Shown in pieces: positions 1-12,290 of a stretch of DNA of 64,000 nucleotides. Each line of letters begins with the position of its first letter. Position 1 is the stretch's first letter. A program made the translations under genes and the position numbers. The stretch is from NCBI GenBank assembly GCA_050084515.1, contig CM114271.1:4092001-4156000 (forward strand), read 5' to 3'. Source of the stretch: Blasia pusilla. Lineage: Eukaryota. The notes beneath the pieces were generated by a model. It was not told where the DNA came from. It did no database searches and saw only the letters and a program-made list of their open reading frames with translations.

Positions 1-1152
1 AATGAAATCTCAAAAAGGAAGGGAAAGTGAAACTTGGGAGAAATTTTCAACATACACCTTCATAACGAAAGAAATTAAGTCTTTCATTTTTAATAAGGTG
101 GGGGAAGAGAACTAGGGAATTAAATTTCAATTGCCCTTGAACACAAGATAACAAATAAACAACCTATCAACCTTTTCCAACTGTCTATTTTCCTCCCATG
201 AGGTAGGGTAGGATAAGGGAAAATGGGACATATGCACAAGATTATCATCACACTAGGGGGACATTAGCTATGGCTTGGAGATCGAAACTCCCAATGAATG
301 CCATCTCTGAAGCTTTTCAACTCTTTAATTTTCAAAAAAAAAATCATACTAAACCAAAACTGGAATAGAAAAGAGGCTTAAGTAATTATACTCCTTCTGT
401 TTTGAAATTAAATTTAAATTTAAATTTTTGTAATCTTGATTGAAAATTTGCGAGTCTATTTCATGTTCAATTTATTCTTCCATTATAAAAATAATAATCT
501 AATTTTTAAATTTTTAAAATTTAAATTTCAAGTTAGTTTTGGAAGGGAAATTATAGATTATTTTGGAGAAATGTGAAAAGATAATAATTTTTTTAAAATA
601 GTCTTCAAAAGGATGAAAAGAATTTTAATTTTTTCAGAATTTTATTATGAGAATTTATATGGAATTTTTATTAATTGAGAGATAGAAATTGGAAAGCTAA
701 TGATAATTACTTTTTCTGAATTCTCAATACCAAAATTCTTTATTTTTCAAAATAAAATTTTTTAATTCATACTTACTCATTTTTTATTTTTTTTTATTTT
801 TTTCAACTCTGAAATTTTAAATCTAAAGAGTTCATAATATTCTCCATTTATGAAGTATTTTCATTTCCACCAATTCATTGGAAAAAATTTTACTAGTGTA
901 TACTATCAACATGGTAAGAATCTCATTGGAAATAAAAAAAATTCACATGTATTTTTTTTTAAAAGCATCTTAGAAGAGAAAAAAAAAAAAAGAGACTACT
1001 TAATAAAAGTCCATGTAAATCATCGCACTAGTGGGTAATGCTATGTTGGAAGCTACTAAATTGGCTTAACCGATTTAAGAGGGTTAGAGAATATCTTCTC
1101 AACATTCATGGTAAGTGCAGAAATATTAACTAGCAAATAAATTATATGATTA

Positions 1153-2240
1153 TTTATACTAGTTAGGACCCTAAGGGAACAGAGCAATGCACTCCATGAT
1201 TCCGTAGCCCTAAATGCCCCGTTATGCTACCTGAATGCCCCCTACCCGAATGGCCATGCCACCCATCATACATTTTGGATTCAAAGGACTACTGCTGATA
1301 TCTATGGTGTTGCCATTTGAAATCACTCCTCAAATAATAATATAGAATATTATTGGAGAGGATTTTCTCATTTTGAGAGCATCTCTCCTCTTTTTTAACC
1401 CATAGGAACACTCATTGTCTAAGGGAATAGGATCAATTTGAATGAGCAATGGTCCAAAATTCATCATCATACTATTAAGCACGTCAGCTCATTATGAAGA
1501 CAAATGATTAAATGACACGTATCATATTTTTCCATGAAGCCAGTTCATGATGGGTTTTCTTTTAATTTTACCCTACTCTAAGCAGGAAACAAGAATAGGT
1601 AAGATTTTAATAATTATATTATTTACATATTTATCTATAATATTTAATAAATAAATAATTGAATATAATTAACTCAAATTCAAACATCTTTCCCTTTAAA
1701 TCTTATAGAGTCTCTTTAAATTATATTCTCTTTTCTCATTTGGAAATTTAAAATTACTTTTTCAAAGTTCATGCCAAAAAATTATAATAAAAAATAATTT
1801 AAAGTTTAGTTTTGAGGAAATTTTAATTTTTCTTTTGGGAAAAAATGAAAAGGATAATAGGTCACTAATGGGAAAATAAATTTCTTCAAAATAATAGAAG
1901 ACATATTTTTTCTATAATATTTTTAATTTTCAAGTTAGATTGGGAGAAAATTTTAATCCTTCTTTTGGAAAAAAATTCATCAAAATAAGTGATTTGATTT
2001 TCTTTATTGAAGGATGAGGATTGAAAAAAGATAAATTATTTTTCCAAAATTAATAAAAGAAAATTTACCAAAAAATTCTTAAATCAAGTTAAATGTATTA
2101 TAAAAAAAATCTAACTTTCTTTTTTTTCATCCATTTTAAGATTAAACTTTATTCATTTAATTTCTTATTATCATCCTAAATACATGAACCTTTTCATCCT
2201 AATCATATCACCCGGTGCATTGCACGGGTAATAATACCAT
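1153..2240 (+). mobile_element. Degenerate non-autonomous Helitron
   Basis: The 5' end A|TTTATACTAG resembles the TCTATACTAG start at 22173. The 3' hairpin CCCGGTGCATTGCACGGG (2211-2228) resembles the Helitron 3' hairpin at 36990, but the terminal CTAG is decayed. AT-rich internal subrepeats (1796-1858, 1925-1975) also match 525-590. Confidence 0.45.
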
Positions 2241-2419
2241 TCCTCTAAAATGCAGTAATCCATTATTAGAACGAGTAAAATATTAGATAAGGTATTTATA
2301 CTAAAACTAGTGTTATAACTATACGATACTGCGAAATCATTTGAGGGCGTCCCATTGGTTTCTCATGCGATGTGCGGATGAGGTTAGGACACGGGCCCCA
2401 CTGGAGCCCTGAGCCCTGC

Positions 2420-2850
2420 CTTGGTCAAAGCCCATTCCCATGGTTTGAACTCCTGGCTTCGCCTTACTATGGTCAAGAGAAACTACTCCCAGGGAAGGGG
2501 CGGTACATATGGCAGGGAGAGTCGAGAGAGCTTACCACAGTCCAGAGTTGTAGCCAAGCTTACCACAGTCGTAAGAGAATTGCTCTCCTTACTTACCATG
2601 GTCAACGCGCACTACCAAAAGTATTGCAGTGTCTGAGTGCATAGTAGTAGAAGAAGCCAAACAAACCACAGTAGAACAAGAAGTCATAGAGTCCCCTACC
2701 ACGGTCAAGGTTCACAGCTGTTTACGTAGTTTCAAGAGGCACGTGGAGGTACAGACAGAGCAGCGGAACGAGCAGCTGGGTATCTATCTAGCGGGGAAAG
2801 GGATCTACCACAGTAAACTTACGATACGTGGTCTTCCTTGTGCCGTGGTC
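2420..2850. promoter_or_regulatory. Homotypic cluster of TACCAYRGT motifs upstream of mTERF
   Basis: Exact TACCAYRGT at 2533, 2561, 2594, 2697 and 2806; near matches at 2465, 2613 and 2664. The cluster lies just upstream of the CT-rich 5' region of mTERF. Confidence 0.5.
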
Positions 2851-3421
2851 AGGTTTTCGACTGCGCAGTGAGTTGGTGGAGGGTGGACTGATGGAGAGAG
2901 GAGCTCACAGTCTCAGTCCAAGCGTTTTGTTATTATTTTTAGGGATTGGGCGGATCCTTCTCCCTCATCTGCTTTGATCCCCTCTCATCTCATCCGACGA
3001 ATCTCTGGTGCCCTCCTCTCTGTCTATCGCTGTCGCCATTTTCCCGACGCTCCCTCTGCTCCCCAACCAACAAATCACCGGCTCTCCAGAATGGCGAGAA
3101 GTGCGATGATTTTTTCTTGATCGGAGAGAGAGAAAATACAGTATTTATGAAGTTACGCTTGTCGAAATCTTGCGACCTTGCACACACACACAGAGAGAGA
3201 GGGAGGGAGAGGTAAGAATATGGTTGTAGAGATTGTGGATGGTCGATGAGAATTGGTGGATTGGCGAGAGTGACAGAAATCACTTCTTGAAGTAGTGTCA
3301 ATCAGACAGACGGAGAGAGAGGATGGGGAGGGGGATTGGGGTGATAGGGATGGTGGATGGTAGGTGAGATGCCGGAGAGTCTGGACGAAGGGGAGTGGGA
3401 GGAGCTGGTGCAGCTGGAAAC

Positions 3422-4873
3422 ATGCTGAGGCTTCCTCTTCAGTGTGAGCACATCTTGATGCGGCAGGGGATCCAGGTGGGAGTTTCGGAGTTCCGAGGGA
3501 GCAGAGCTTCCAGAGTGCTGCAGCTGCGGAGGAAGGGGAGGAAGAGCTTAGGGCTGCTGCATCTCGTAAAGAATGACGAGCTTTCGGTGGGCTCGAACAT
3601 TAGCTGGAGGTGGAATCGGTCGTGCTCTTCTGGAAGGTACAGGCTCCTGCTCGGCCAGCAGATCCGCGGCATTGCCAGAGATGTTGGATCTCCAGGGCTG
3701 CTTCTGGAGCCTGTTTCATATGTCGGTGGCACCACCGCGCCAGCTCTAGAGAGAAACGATCGAGTCCTCAGCCCTGCTGGGATAGATGAGGACGAGAGGT
3801 TCCTCAGTGCGCTCGTCGCCAATTCCCGTCTTAGACAATGTTCGCAGAGGAATGGGATACTGGGTCGGGGTGTGAAGGAGGAATCGAGTGACAGCAAAAA
3901 AGCAGCAGTTGATGGAAGAGCAGTGATTCCCAAACAGGCCAAGAACCTGAGTAGTGAGCGACAGACCTGGCGGCTACACATGGAGGGCATGAGAAGCTCT
4001 GACGAGCAGCAGCTCTCCAAGCGGGAGCCCAATTCCGAACGTCTTCGTGGACTAGAGGAGATGATCCTCTACCTGGAGAGTATTGGTGTCGATGCTACCA
4101 AGGTTCTGGCTGTCTACCCTCTGATTATCAAGTGCAGCATGGAGAAATTAAAGCAGGTGGTAGAGTTTTTGGAGTCCCAGGGATTGAAACGAAAGGACGT
4201 GGGTAGAGTTTTGACTATGGCTCCTCAGATATCTAGTCTTGCTGTGGAGAAGCACCTGTGCCCTGTGGTCAGCTTTCTTCTGAATGAGGTAGGTCTCAAC
4301 AAGCAAGACTTAAGAAAAGTTATCAGACGTTGCCCTCGGCTTCTTGTTGCTAGCATTGATAACCAGCTCCGACCCACCATGGAATTCCTGCAAAGTTTAG
4401 GGTTTGGTCACATGGCATCTGCAGTGGCCAACAACGCCACTCTTCTCACCTTTGGAATCCAGAACAAGCTGAAGCCGAAGTTGAAGTTTCTCTACAACTT
4501 AGGAATGTCATACGCTGAGGCGGAAACCATGGTAGTAAGGTTCCCCGCTATTTTCAATTATGGTGTGGAGCAGAACCTCCAACCGAAGTATGATTACTTG
4601 GTGAATGTCATGGGACGTAATTTGGATGATTTAAAAGCATTTCCACAATATTTTGGGTACAGTCTTGACTACAGGATTCGCCCCCGCCATGAGCTGCTAG
4701 CTCAGAGGAACATCAAGATCTGCTTACCCACCATGTTGAAACTCTCAGATGAGCAATTTGAGCTCCGTTTCAAAGAGGACGAGGCAAAATCTACAAAGAA
4801 ATTAAAGCTTGCAATGGTGGCCAAAGCCCACGAGGTGAACCACAAGGTTGTTGCTGTTCCCAGCTGTCGTTGA
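3422..4873 (+). CDS. mTERF (mitochondrial transcription termination factor) family protein, likely organelle-targeted, with an intronless CDS
   Basis: 483-aa ORF from the first ATG (the track's 3395 start is a GTG). The C-terminal half has mTERF repeats (RCPRLLVASIDNQLRPTMEFLQSLG; RFPAIFNYGVEQNLQPKYDYL; FPQYFGYSLDYRIRPRH). The N-terminus is R/S/L-rich like a transit peptide. It resembles the plant mTERF1/3/10/11 group. Confidence 0.93.
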   Translation: MLRLPLQCEHILMRQGIQVGVSEFRGSRASRVLQLRRKGRKSLGLLHLVKNDELSVGSNISWRWNRSCSSGRYRLLLGQQIRGIARDVGSPGLLLEPVSYVGGTTAPALERNDRVLSPAGIDEDERFLSALVANSRLRQCSQRNGILGRGVKEESSDSKKAAVDGRAVIPKQAKNLSSERQTWRLHMEGMRSSDEQQLSKREPNSERLRGLEEMILYLESIGVDATKVLAVYPLIIKCSMEKLKQVVEFLESQGLKRKDVGRVLTMAPQISSLAVEKHLCPVVSFLLNEVGLNKQDLRKVIRRCPRLLVASIDNQLRPTMEFLQSLGFGHMASAVANNATLLTFGIQNKLKPKLKFLYNLGMSYAEAETMVVRFPAIFNYGVEQNLQPKYDYLVNVMGRNLDDLKAFPQYFGYSLDYRIRPRHELLAQRNIKICLPTMLKLSDEQFELRFKEDEAKSTKKLKLAMVAKAHEVNHKVVAVPSCR

Positions 4874-7699
4874 CTGATAATGCCATGGCTGATGGGGGGA
4901 GGATGCGACCAGCTCTGTGATGTGTAGAATATGACTTCTCAACACATCCAGCAAGGTTGTGGTCGCCTGTGAGGGTCTCATGGAGCATGAATGTAACATG
5001 ATTGCAATTGGTATACTCTGTAAATACAAAACAGTTTCCCCATGTGCTTGCACTTCGTTGAGGTGTGATGTGGACTTTGGAATCTGAAGCTTCTTGGTTT
5101 CTCATTTCTATATTTTGCAATTGATGCATTCTTTTTGAGGGTTTGATGACTTTTTAATTTCAGAGTAATTGATTCGCAACTTTGTCGAGTATGTTGCATT
5201 TCAGAAACGGAAAATTCCACTCTAGAGTTTTGAACTCCACACATGTCAGGGAGAGTTAGAAATTTCATTGAGAATTCAAAGTTTCTTGTGTAGCAAGGGT
5301 CTCAGCAGACCCCACCTCTTGTGAACATAACTTCTAGATTCTGCACCTGGTGAGGTGAGGATTAGCTATGGACATGGAACTTGCAGATCATCAGTGTATG
5401 TTTGTGCAGACTCTCATGTGATTTTTGCAAGACTTCCTAATTTCATCAGAGTAACTTACTCTGCGATGAAATGACCCTCACTCAGACTTCCAGATTACGA
5501 CAGGTGCGTTGCAAAGACGTGATGGTTTTGCTGTGATTCCCTTTTCACAAAGGCTCAATGTCTTATTCTGCTGCTTGATAGATGGGAACTCTCCCACTCC
5601 CACGAGAACTTTGGCTGCTTCTTCATTCATACCTGTTCTAATTGTACTTAAGGGGCCATTTGCACTCCGATGATGAACATCAATAAAGAGCTCAGATTAG
5701 GGGAACTAATTGATAGGCCAAGTAGTAATTGGTTGATTATACCCACCTCATCCCATCCATGCGTCTGCCTGGAGTTGAACATCGACAGACATCAATCAGG
5801 AGCTGAGAATAACAAAACAATTGGACAGGTCATCAGCAGTGCTGACTGCCTACTTTGCCTTGGACCAGCAGGTTCACATTTGCACTATTCATGGAGGTCT
5901 GCGCCACAGCCATTAGATTTCTTCCAAAAATCACATGGAAGTTGCTAGTTAAGCATCTAGTGTGGTACCTTCATGCATAGGTTGTGGTTTTGGGTGTTGG
6001 GAATATGCCCCTTATAAATAGAGAGAAGAGTATGACATATATATGTGAACCTTTTAGCATACACTCTCAGAGGCGTGCCCGTGCAGGTGGATCCACATTC
6101 ACCTAGGTCAAAATCCTTGGTGGACACATGATTGTTCTCTAAGATCATTGCACTAGTGTGCATTTCAATCTTAAGAGCAGAAGATGTCATAAGAGTTGGG
6201 GGTTCATTACGACATGTTGCCAAGAGGTTGGATCATCAACCTCTGAAAATGGATATAATGGATTATTACCATTGTCAACATTATGGTTTCTCACATGGGC
6301 AATATTTATGAGTTACCTCACTTGCAAAGTGAGGTAAAACTAGCTCCAAAAGTAGCTCTCTTCTTTGTTGAGTCATCTAGTGGGAATAAGGTTTGTGCAC
6401 ATTTGTAACGTCATCCATGTCGTAAGAGCTTGTTTCAGATCTACTTCCCTTAAGAGAATTCATACCAAGTTGCAACCAAATATGAGTTATCATTTAAGAC
6501 AAGCCGAAGGTCAATATTGTGATAATGCGTTGAGACGAAGATCATTTTTTTTATCGAACTTCCATTAAAAAAATCTTTCATGTTTCCACCAACTACTTCT
6601 ATAGAAAATTTAAGATAGCAAGTGTTTTAAGCAATATTTAGATGACCTAGTCCATAAAGAATTTAACATGTAAAACTATTGTCACATTGTGCTTGGTCGA
6701 CCATTAGTGTTCTATTATGTCGACAAGATGGGGGGGTTTAAGGCTATTTGAAGAATTTTTTTTCTTGGATGGTCAGACAAGGAGTAAGGTGTAAGTCAAC
6801 GTTGTTAAGTAAGATCAATATTGTAAAAAACCCACCCAGTCTTGTATTCCATGTTGGATGATCTGCTGATTTTGTAAATGGTCACATAGTTACATGAGTA
6901 CATATGTTAGGGTTATCTTTAGGGGTATCTCTTTTTGTTCTTCTTTATGGTATATAAATTGAGGCGATAACTTCCAAGACCCATCTTTATCTCCCAAGTC
7001 CAAGGAAACATTCCTTCTATGGGTTGGTAGGAATTAAAGTATCAAAGTCCCGATTTCTTTCATAATAGAAGGTGGATGTGATTTAACAACATTATATATC
7101 ATTGGGAATCGAATTTGTCATATGAATGGTTCTATTTCAATTTTGTTGTTTGATTTTGATATACATATTTGAACGTGTTTATGTGTGTGAATCTTTCCAC
7201 ATTTGAATGTCATATCCACACTACATATAGTGTTCATATTTCTTTCATAATCTTAAAAGAATATGGACACTATATGCAGTGAGGATATGACTAATGAAGT
7301 AGAGTGTGTAATTGTGTATATGTATGGAGCATTTTAAATAATGCCAAATTTTCAAATTTTAATGTTGGAGGTTCTAATACAAAATATAAATTAAACATAT
7401 TTACAACATGTATATAAGAGATGTTTAAGAGAGTTTGTTTTCTAAATTATACATATTTATGCTTGTTATAATGAAAATTAATTTATTTCAAGCTCATATT
7501 TGCATCAACTTAAATCTTGCTAAAATCATTATTTTAATAACATATGAATATGAGAGGGTGGAAAATAGGATTTACTAGATTTCTCCTAAGTAAAGAACTA
7601 ATAATTTTGTGCTTGTCCCATGCACAAAGTCAACAAGATGCCACGGTAGCAATGTGTATTCGAATGACAAAGATCCTCTTGAGCCCATGATGAGGATTC

Positions 7700-9330
7700 A
7701 ATTTTTTTTCCTTCTCATAGAGAGGGAGACGTTCCCTCCAATTTGGAAGAATTGGCTATGATCCTTACTACTAAAATATAACATCATTACTTTTAGGTCA
7801 ACCAATTAAGGCGAAAAGCCCATAAATCACTCCTCAAAAATATTCATGTAAGTTTTATAAAGGGGGCCTATCAAAGATGGTATGAACAACTATAAATAGT
7901 GACATCAAGCTCAAAAAGAAATCAAGATTATTTTATGTGGTTCTAGATGCTCTTTCTCAACAACACGAGGATAAGGCTTTTTGCTCCACCACTATTTTCA
8001 TTCTCACTTCAATCAAACCTTATAAGGATTTCAACAAGCACGCAAAAGAGATCAATTGATAGTTCATAATGTGGAGTATACCTCATTTCAAATAAAAGAG
8101 GGACTATATAGGAAGCTTCCATATGTTCCTAACAATGAAAATCTTTGCCTACTTCATTTCCAAGAGAAACATAAGTCTCCCATCTCTTGGCATCCCATGG
8201 TAGAATCTATGAGACAAGACACCCAATATCCTTCATAAAACTTGAGAATGGCTTAATATGGCTCTAGAAGTTTGCACCTTTGTATGACCAGACCAAGGTA
8301 GTTAATTAGAAACAAGTTGCTAGTAGTTGAACTTCTTCGACTCTTACTTATCCCAAACCATTGTAGGGAGTATATTAGTTTGGATCCAATCACTTCACTA
8401 TTGCTTTTAAAAAATGGCATGCTAAATTATTATCATTCTTGATCTACTAAACAATAAAAATCCTTTTTTCCTTTTCACCAATAATTTAAGGGATTAGAAA
8501 CTTGATAAAATCTACTTTGCCATAATCTTTTGTTACCATGGAATGTAATGTGTTCTTATCTTATACCATTATGTGAACTTCAATGGCAAGTTTTGGTGGA
8601 GTTTATTTAGTCTTTTCTAGATATTAAATAGAATGTATCAACCATCCATCATCCCCACACTCATGGACAAACTAAACAAGCTATTGTAGTTTTGGAGAAT
8701 ATGTTATATCCCTCTTTCAATATTTATTAGGATAATTAAGATACCCTTCTTCCAACTACAAACCTTGCCTATAATTAGAAAGTATTAGGTTTAACTATTG
8801 TCAACATTTTCGTCTTCCAAATTACCAATTTTTTCAATTATCTTCCACAAGGTATCTCTTCACTACTTTCTATCATCTTTTCTTTTTTTATTAATATTAA
8901 ACATCTTCATATTCCAAGACATAGACAAAAAAAAGGTCAATCAAACTTATTATGACTTTCCATTCTCTATTGGTAATTTGGTTATGTTTTCCTAGACTCA
9001 TCTTCCATTACCGTTATCCTCTTAAACTTATAAAATTTGTCCATCTTGGACTCTTAAATAAAATCCTTTATTCTTATCTAGGTTATCTTTATGATGGCTT
9101 TGATTGCCCATAATTTAGATCTTTAGCTACTTACGTGGATTCGTTATGTCTTCCTTATTTCTGTACTCAAATCATAAATCTCTATCCCATATTTATTTCC
9201 AAATTGAGTCGTGTCACCTCTACCTCTTCTTATGATTGACGATCATCAGGAATTCAAAATCAATAGATTAATAAATTCTTATATTATATGGCATAATAGC
9301 CATCTATCTTAAACAAAATAAGGCTATGTA
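7700..9330 (+). mobile_element. Highly decayed Ty3/gypsy pol remnant (RNase H end, integrase, possible chromodomain)
   Basis: Broken-frame motifs: DALS (about 7945), LRxLLIPNHCREYISLD (about 8330, compare LQPLPIP..WE.ISMD), STIHHPHTHGQTKQ...LENML (about 8640, compare STAYHPQTDGQTE), IRYVFLISVLK (about 9140, compare IHPVFHVSLLK). Many stops and frameshifts; boundaries approximate. Confidence 0.75.
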
Positions 9331-9389
9331 GAAAGGAGCTCCGTTTGATCATGCATATAGATAACTTATAAATTAGGTCTTCTGCCATA

Positions 9390-10088
9390 TGTGTGGATTG
9401 ATTTGCATTCCATATTTTGGAGCTTAAATTATGAATCTCTAGCCCATATACTTTTCCAAATTAAGTCCAACCATCTTTACATATTGTAGATCACTTTTGG
9501 TAGGATATGACATGAAATACATCATCTTCAACACTATAAAGTTACATAGAAAGGATCTTTGTCGAATATTACTACTAAGGAGCCCTCTTGCAAATATCAA
9601 GAGTCTCGAGGAGCATTTTGAGAAATAAAGATATCTTGTTTTAATAAACATCCCACATATTAGTAGAAGCAAAATAAAAATAATATGCACTTCTCAAATA
9701 GTTGCTTTAAAATTAGTTCTAAGATATAATTTGAAATATTCTAAGCTTCTTCATGTAGCCCTAAGAGATTCTTGGAATATCTTCAAAAGATTTTCAAACG
9801 ATGCTTCAAATCTTCTCAAAATCTTCTGAGAAGATTCTAAAAGTTCAAGAAGTATTCTAGTAAGTTTTATATTTAGTAACTCGTGTATAACACAAATTAT
9901 CAACTTCAAGAGTAAATTTAAAAGCTCCTTGTATGCCTATGATACGCCCATTATCTATTCCCATCATGCTACTTCCAGGGAATATAGTATTCTACAATCC
10001 AAAGTTTCTAGATTTCTTAGGTAGTTGTTTTTACTCTTTGAGATCTTGTCTCTCACTCTCTTCTATTCTATCCATATTGGGTCACAAT
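9390..10088 (+). repeat. Possible decayed LTR downstream of the gypsy remnant
   Basis: TG...CA-bounded AT-rich segment with repeated GAA/TTC modules directly after the integrase remnant. No partner LTR or TSD seen. Confidence 0.25.
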
Positions 10089-11089
10089 AATTTTATTTTA
10101 CCGAAAATTTTACGAGAAAAATAATATATATATATATATATATTAAAATAACCTTTCATTTTGGGGTCCATTGGACCTAGTTCAACTTAATCTAGGAAAA
10201 TTCCTACCTTGTACATTAATCAACTCTCGTAACGAGAAAAATAGCCACTCATCTAAAATAACACACTCAAATTACATATACAATACAGAGATATATCCCT
10301 AACGCTGAAGAGTTTGTAGCTCATTCTTGAATTTACTAGCATTGATACACATTAGCTTTGAATGGATTGTACCTACAACTTTCTACGATGAAGTTTTGTT
10401 TGATTTTGACCTTTAAAAAAATCATGAGAAGATTCTTTTGGAGACTTACGACTAAAAACACTTTAAATAAATCTTCATTGGTGACTATGGTTTCAAAGTG
10501 TATGAATGATGTCCACTCAAGTAGGTGTGAACTTTTCATCTGTAAATGCATAAATGGTCTTTACATTACCTTCATAAGTTGACAATTTTGGAGTATTCCC
10601 TAAAGACTTGATGTATTCCAACAATGCACATCCCTTACTTTCCTCAAAAATTTAAATATTGTATGTCCATCAGTTTGGATTATTCCTTCTAACCTTGGTA
10701 TATTCCAAGGAGGCTAATTCCTTCTTTTCTTCAAAGAGTGAAATGATTGGAAATTAATTTGTCTTGTCATTATTTCCTCTTCGCACCGAGGAATATATCA
10801 TAAGTGTAAAGTGTCGTATGATGAAAACATATTCCACTTATTATGTTATTTCAAAGTATATTTGATTAATGAGATGATGACTATGGAGGAGGAGGACTAT
10901 GGAGGAGGACATGGAGGGATGTCTAGAATTTTGCTTGTAACTATTTCCATGGTGATCCAATCTTTTCAATCTAAAGCCCAACGTGTTAATCTTCTCAAGC
11001 TTCAACTTTGGGGTTTTCTTTTTTCCACTTAAGATTGAGTTTTCCAAAGTTCTTGGGATCTTTGGACCTCCTTCTCTCCTAAATGTGCT

Positions 11090-12290
11090 CATAGATTCCT
11101 ATACGCAATTTCATACATAATGCTCTCCTTATAGAGTGATATCGGGTTACCATCGGTTTAAGAGATTCCTCTTGCTTTTCTGGATCTTTTGATACGGGTT
11201 GGGCCCAACATTACGAACTCATTCCCTCATAGCAATCATTGGTGGGTGGCAGATGTCAAGGTAATCCCATGGATGGCCCACTCTTTGCCATTGCCCACTT
11301 TTGTGCCCTTCGAGCATCAACGCAAGTATTTCCATCTTGTCTTTTCCCTTCTATTGTTGATGACACTCACATTATAGGTCCTCCTTCTAAAGTGGTTCCT
11401 GCTTATACCCATTTCGTGGAGCAACTCTCTTTCTTAAACCTTAAAGTCCAACCTAGTAAATGTGGAGTATAGTCTCCTTCATGCCTTCCCTCAACATTCA
11501 CCCCACCTACTCCTAATTTTCCCATCTACATTGAAGGGGTTAGGGTTCTTGGGGTCCCAATTGGCTTCATCGACTATGTCTCAAAGTTCTTGGATGAGGC
11601 CTTTTTGAAAGACGTGGAATGGCTTCATTTGTTACTTCATCTAGGGGATCCCCAAGTGGCTTATGGGATTGTCTCCCAATATTTTCTACCACGTCCTTCT
11701 ACCTTCTTCGCACTTGTCCTCCTACTTCAAGGTTCTTACATCGGTTGGCCTCTTTTGATGCTTCTATCTTGGTAACTTTTGGTCAACTTCTTGGCCCGAA
11801 TAACTTTGAGGGAGAGGATGGTGTCTTTGCTTCACGACAAGCTCTCTTGCTTATTTCTTTTGGAGGGGTGGGACTATCCTCCATAGTCGTAAATGCTCCC
11901 GCAACCTTTTTGGGGAGTTGGGCGTTGGTAGCACCGATTATGGCTTCAAAATTTCTCCAAGGAGATACACCTATCTTGATGGATCATATCGCCCATCTAG
12001 AGGAGGGGGACTTGTTATTTCAACAACAATTGAAATCTGCACGAGCTCTTCTTCCTCTTGCTACACAAGCAATTCTATCCCCTTTCAATCAATTGATTAT
12101 AAAGGGTTTGATCGACTTCAAGAGCATATTTTCGAAAATTTGCATCAAATCAACTTTTCCAACATTCTCTCCAAGGCATCCTCTAATGCTCGTCTGCGTT
12201 CATTTGCGGGTATCGGAGCGATGGCGTGGCTTACTCCAAATCCTCTTATTCTTCCATTTCGTCTATTTGATCTTTTCCATATATTTTTTG
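11090..12290 (+). mobile_element. Fragment of a CRE-like non-LTR retrotransposon reverse transcriptase (pseudogenised)
   Basis: GRCQGNPMDGPLFAIAH...FPSIVDDTHIIGP (RT QGDP and xxDD motifs), GVRVLGVPIG, and RQALLLISFGGVGL...ATFLGSW. Frameshifted. The same motif series occurs at 41880-42280. Confidence 0.75.

Noticed and set aside
2588-2602. TACTTACCATGG resembling the U1 snRNA 5' end
   Set aside because: The downstream sequence lacks U1 stem-loops and an Sm site; it is part of the promoter motif cluster.
2460-2815. CRISPR-like repeat/spacer appearance
   Set aside because: The repeats are only about 9-13 bp, spacing is irregular, there are no cas genes, and this is a plant nuclear locus.
3439-4032. 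197-aa minus-strand ORF
   Set aside because: Antisense shadow of the mTERF CDS.
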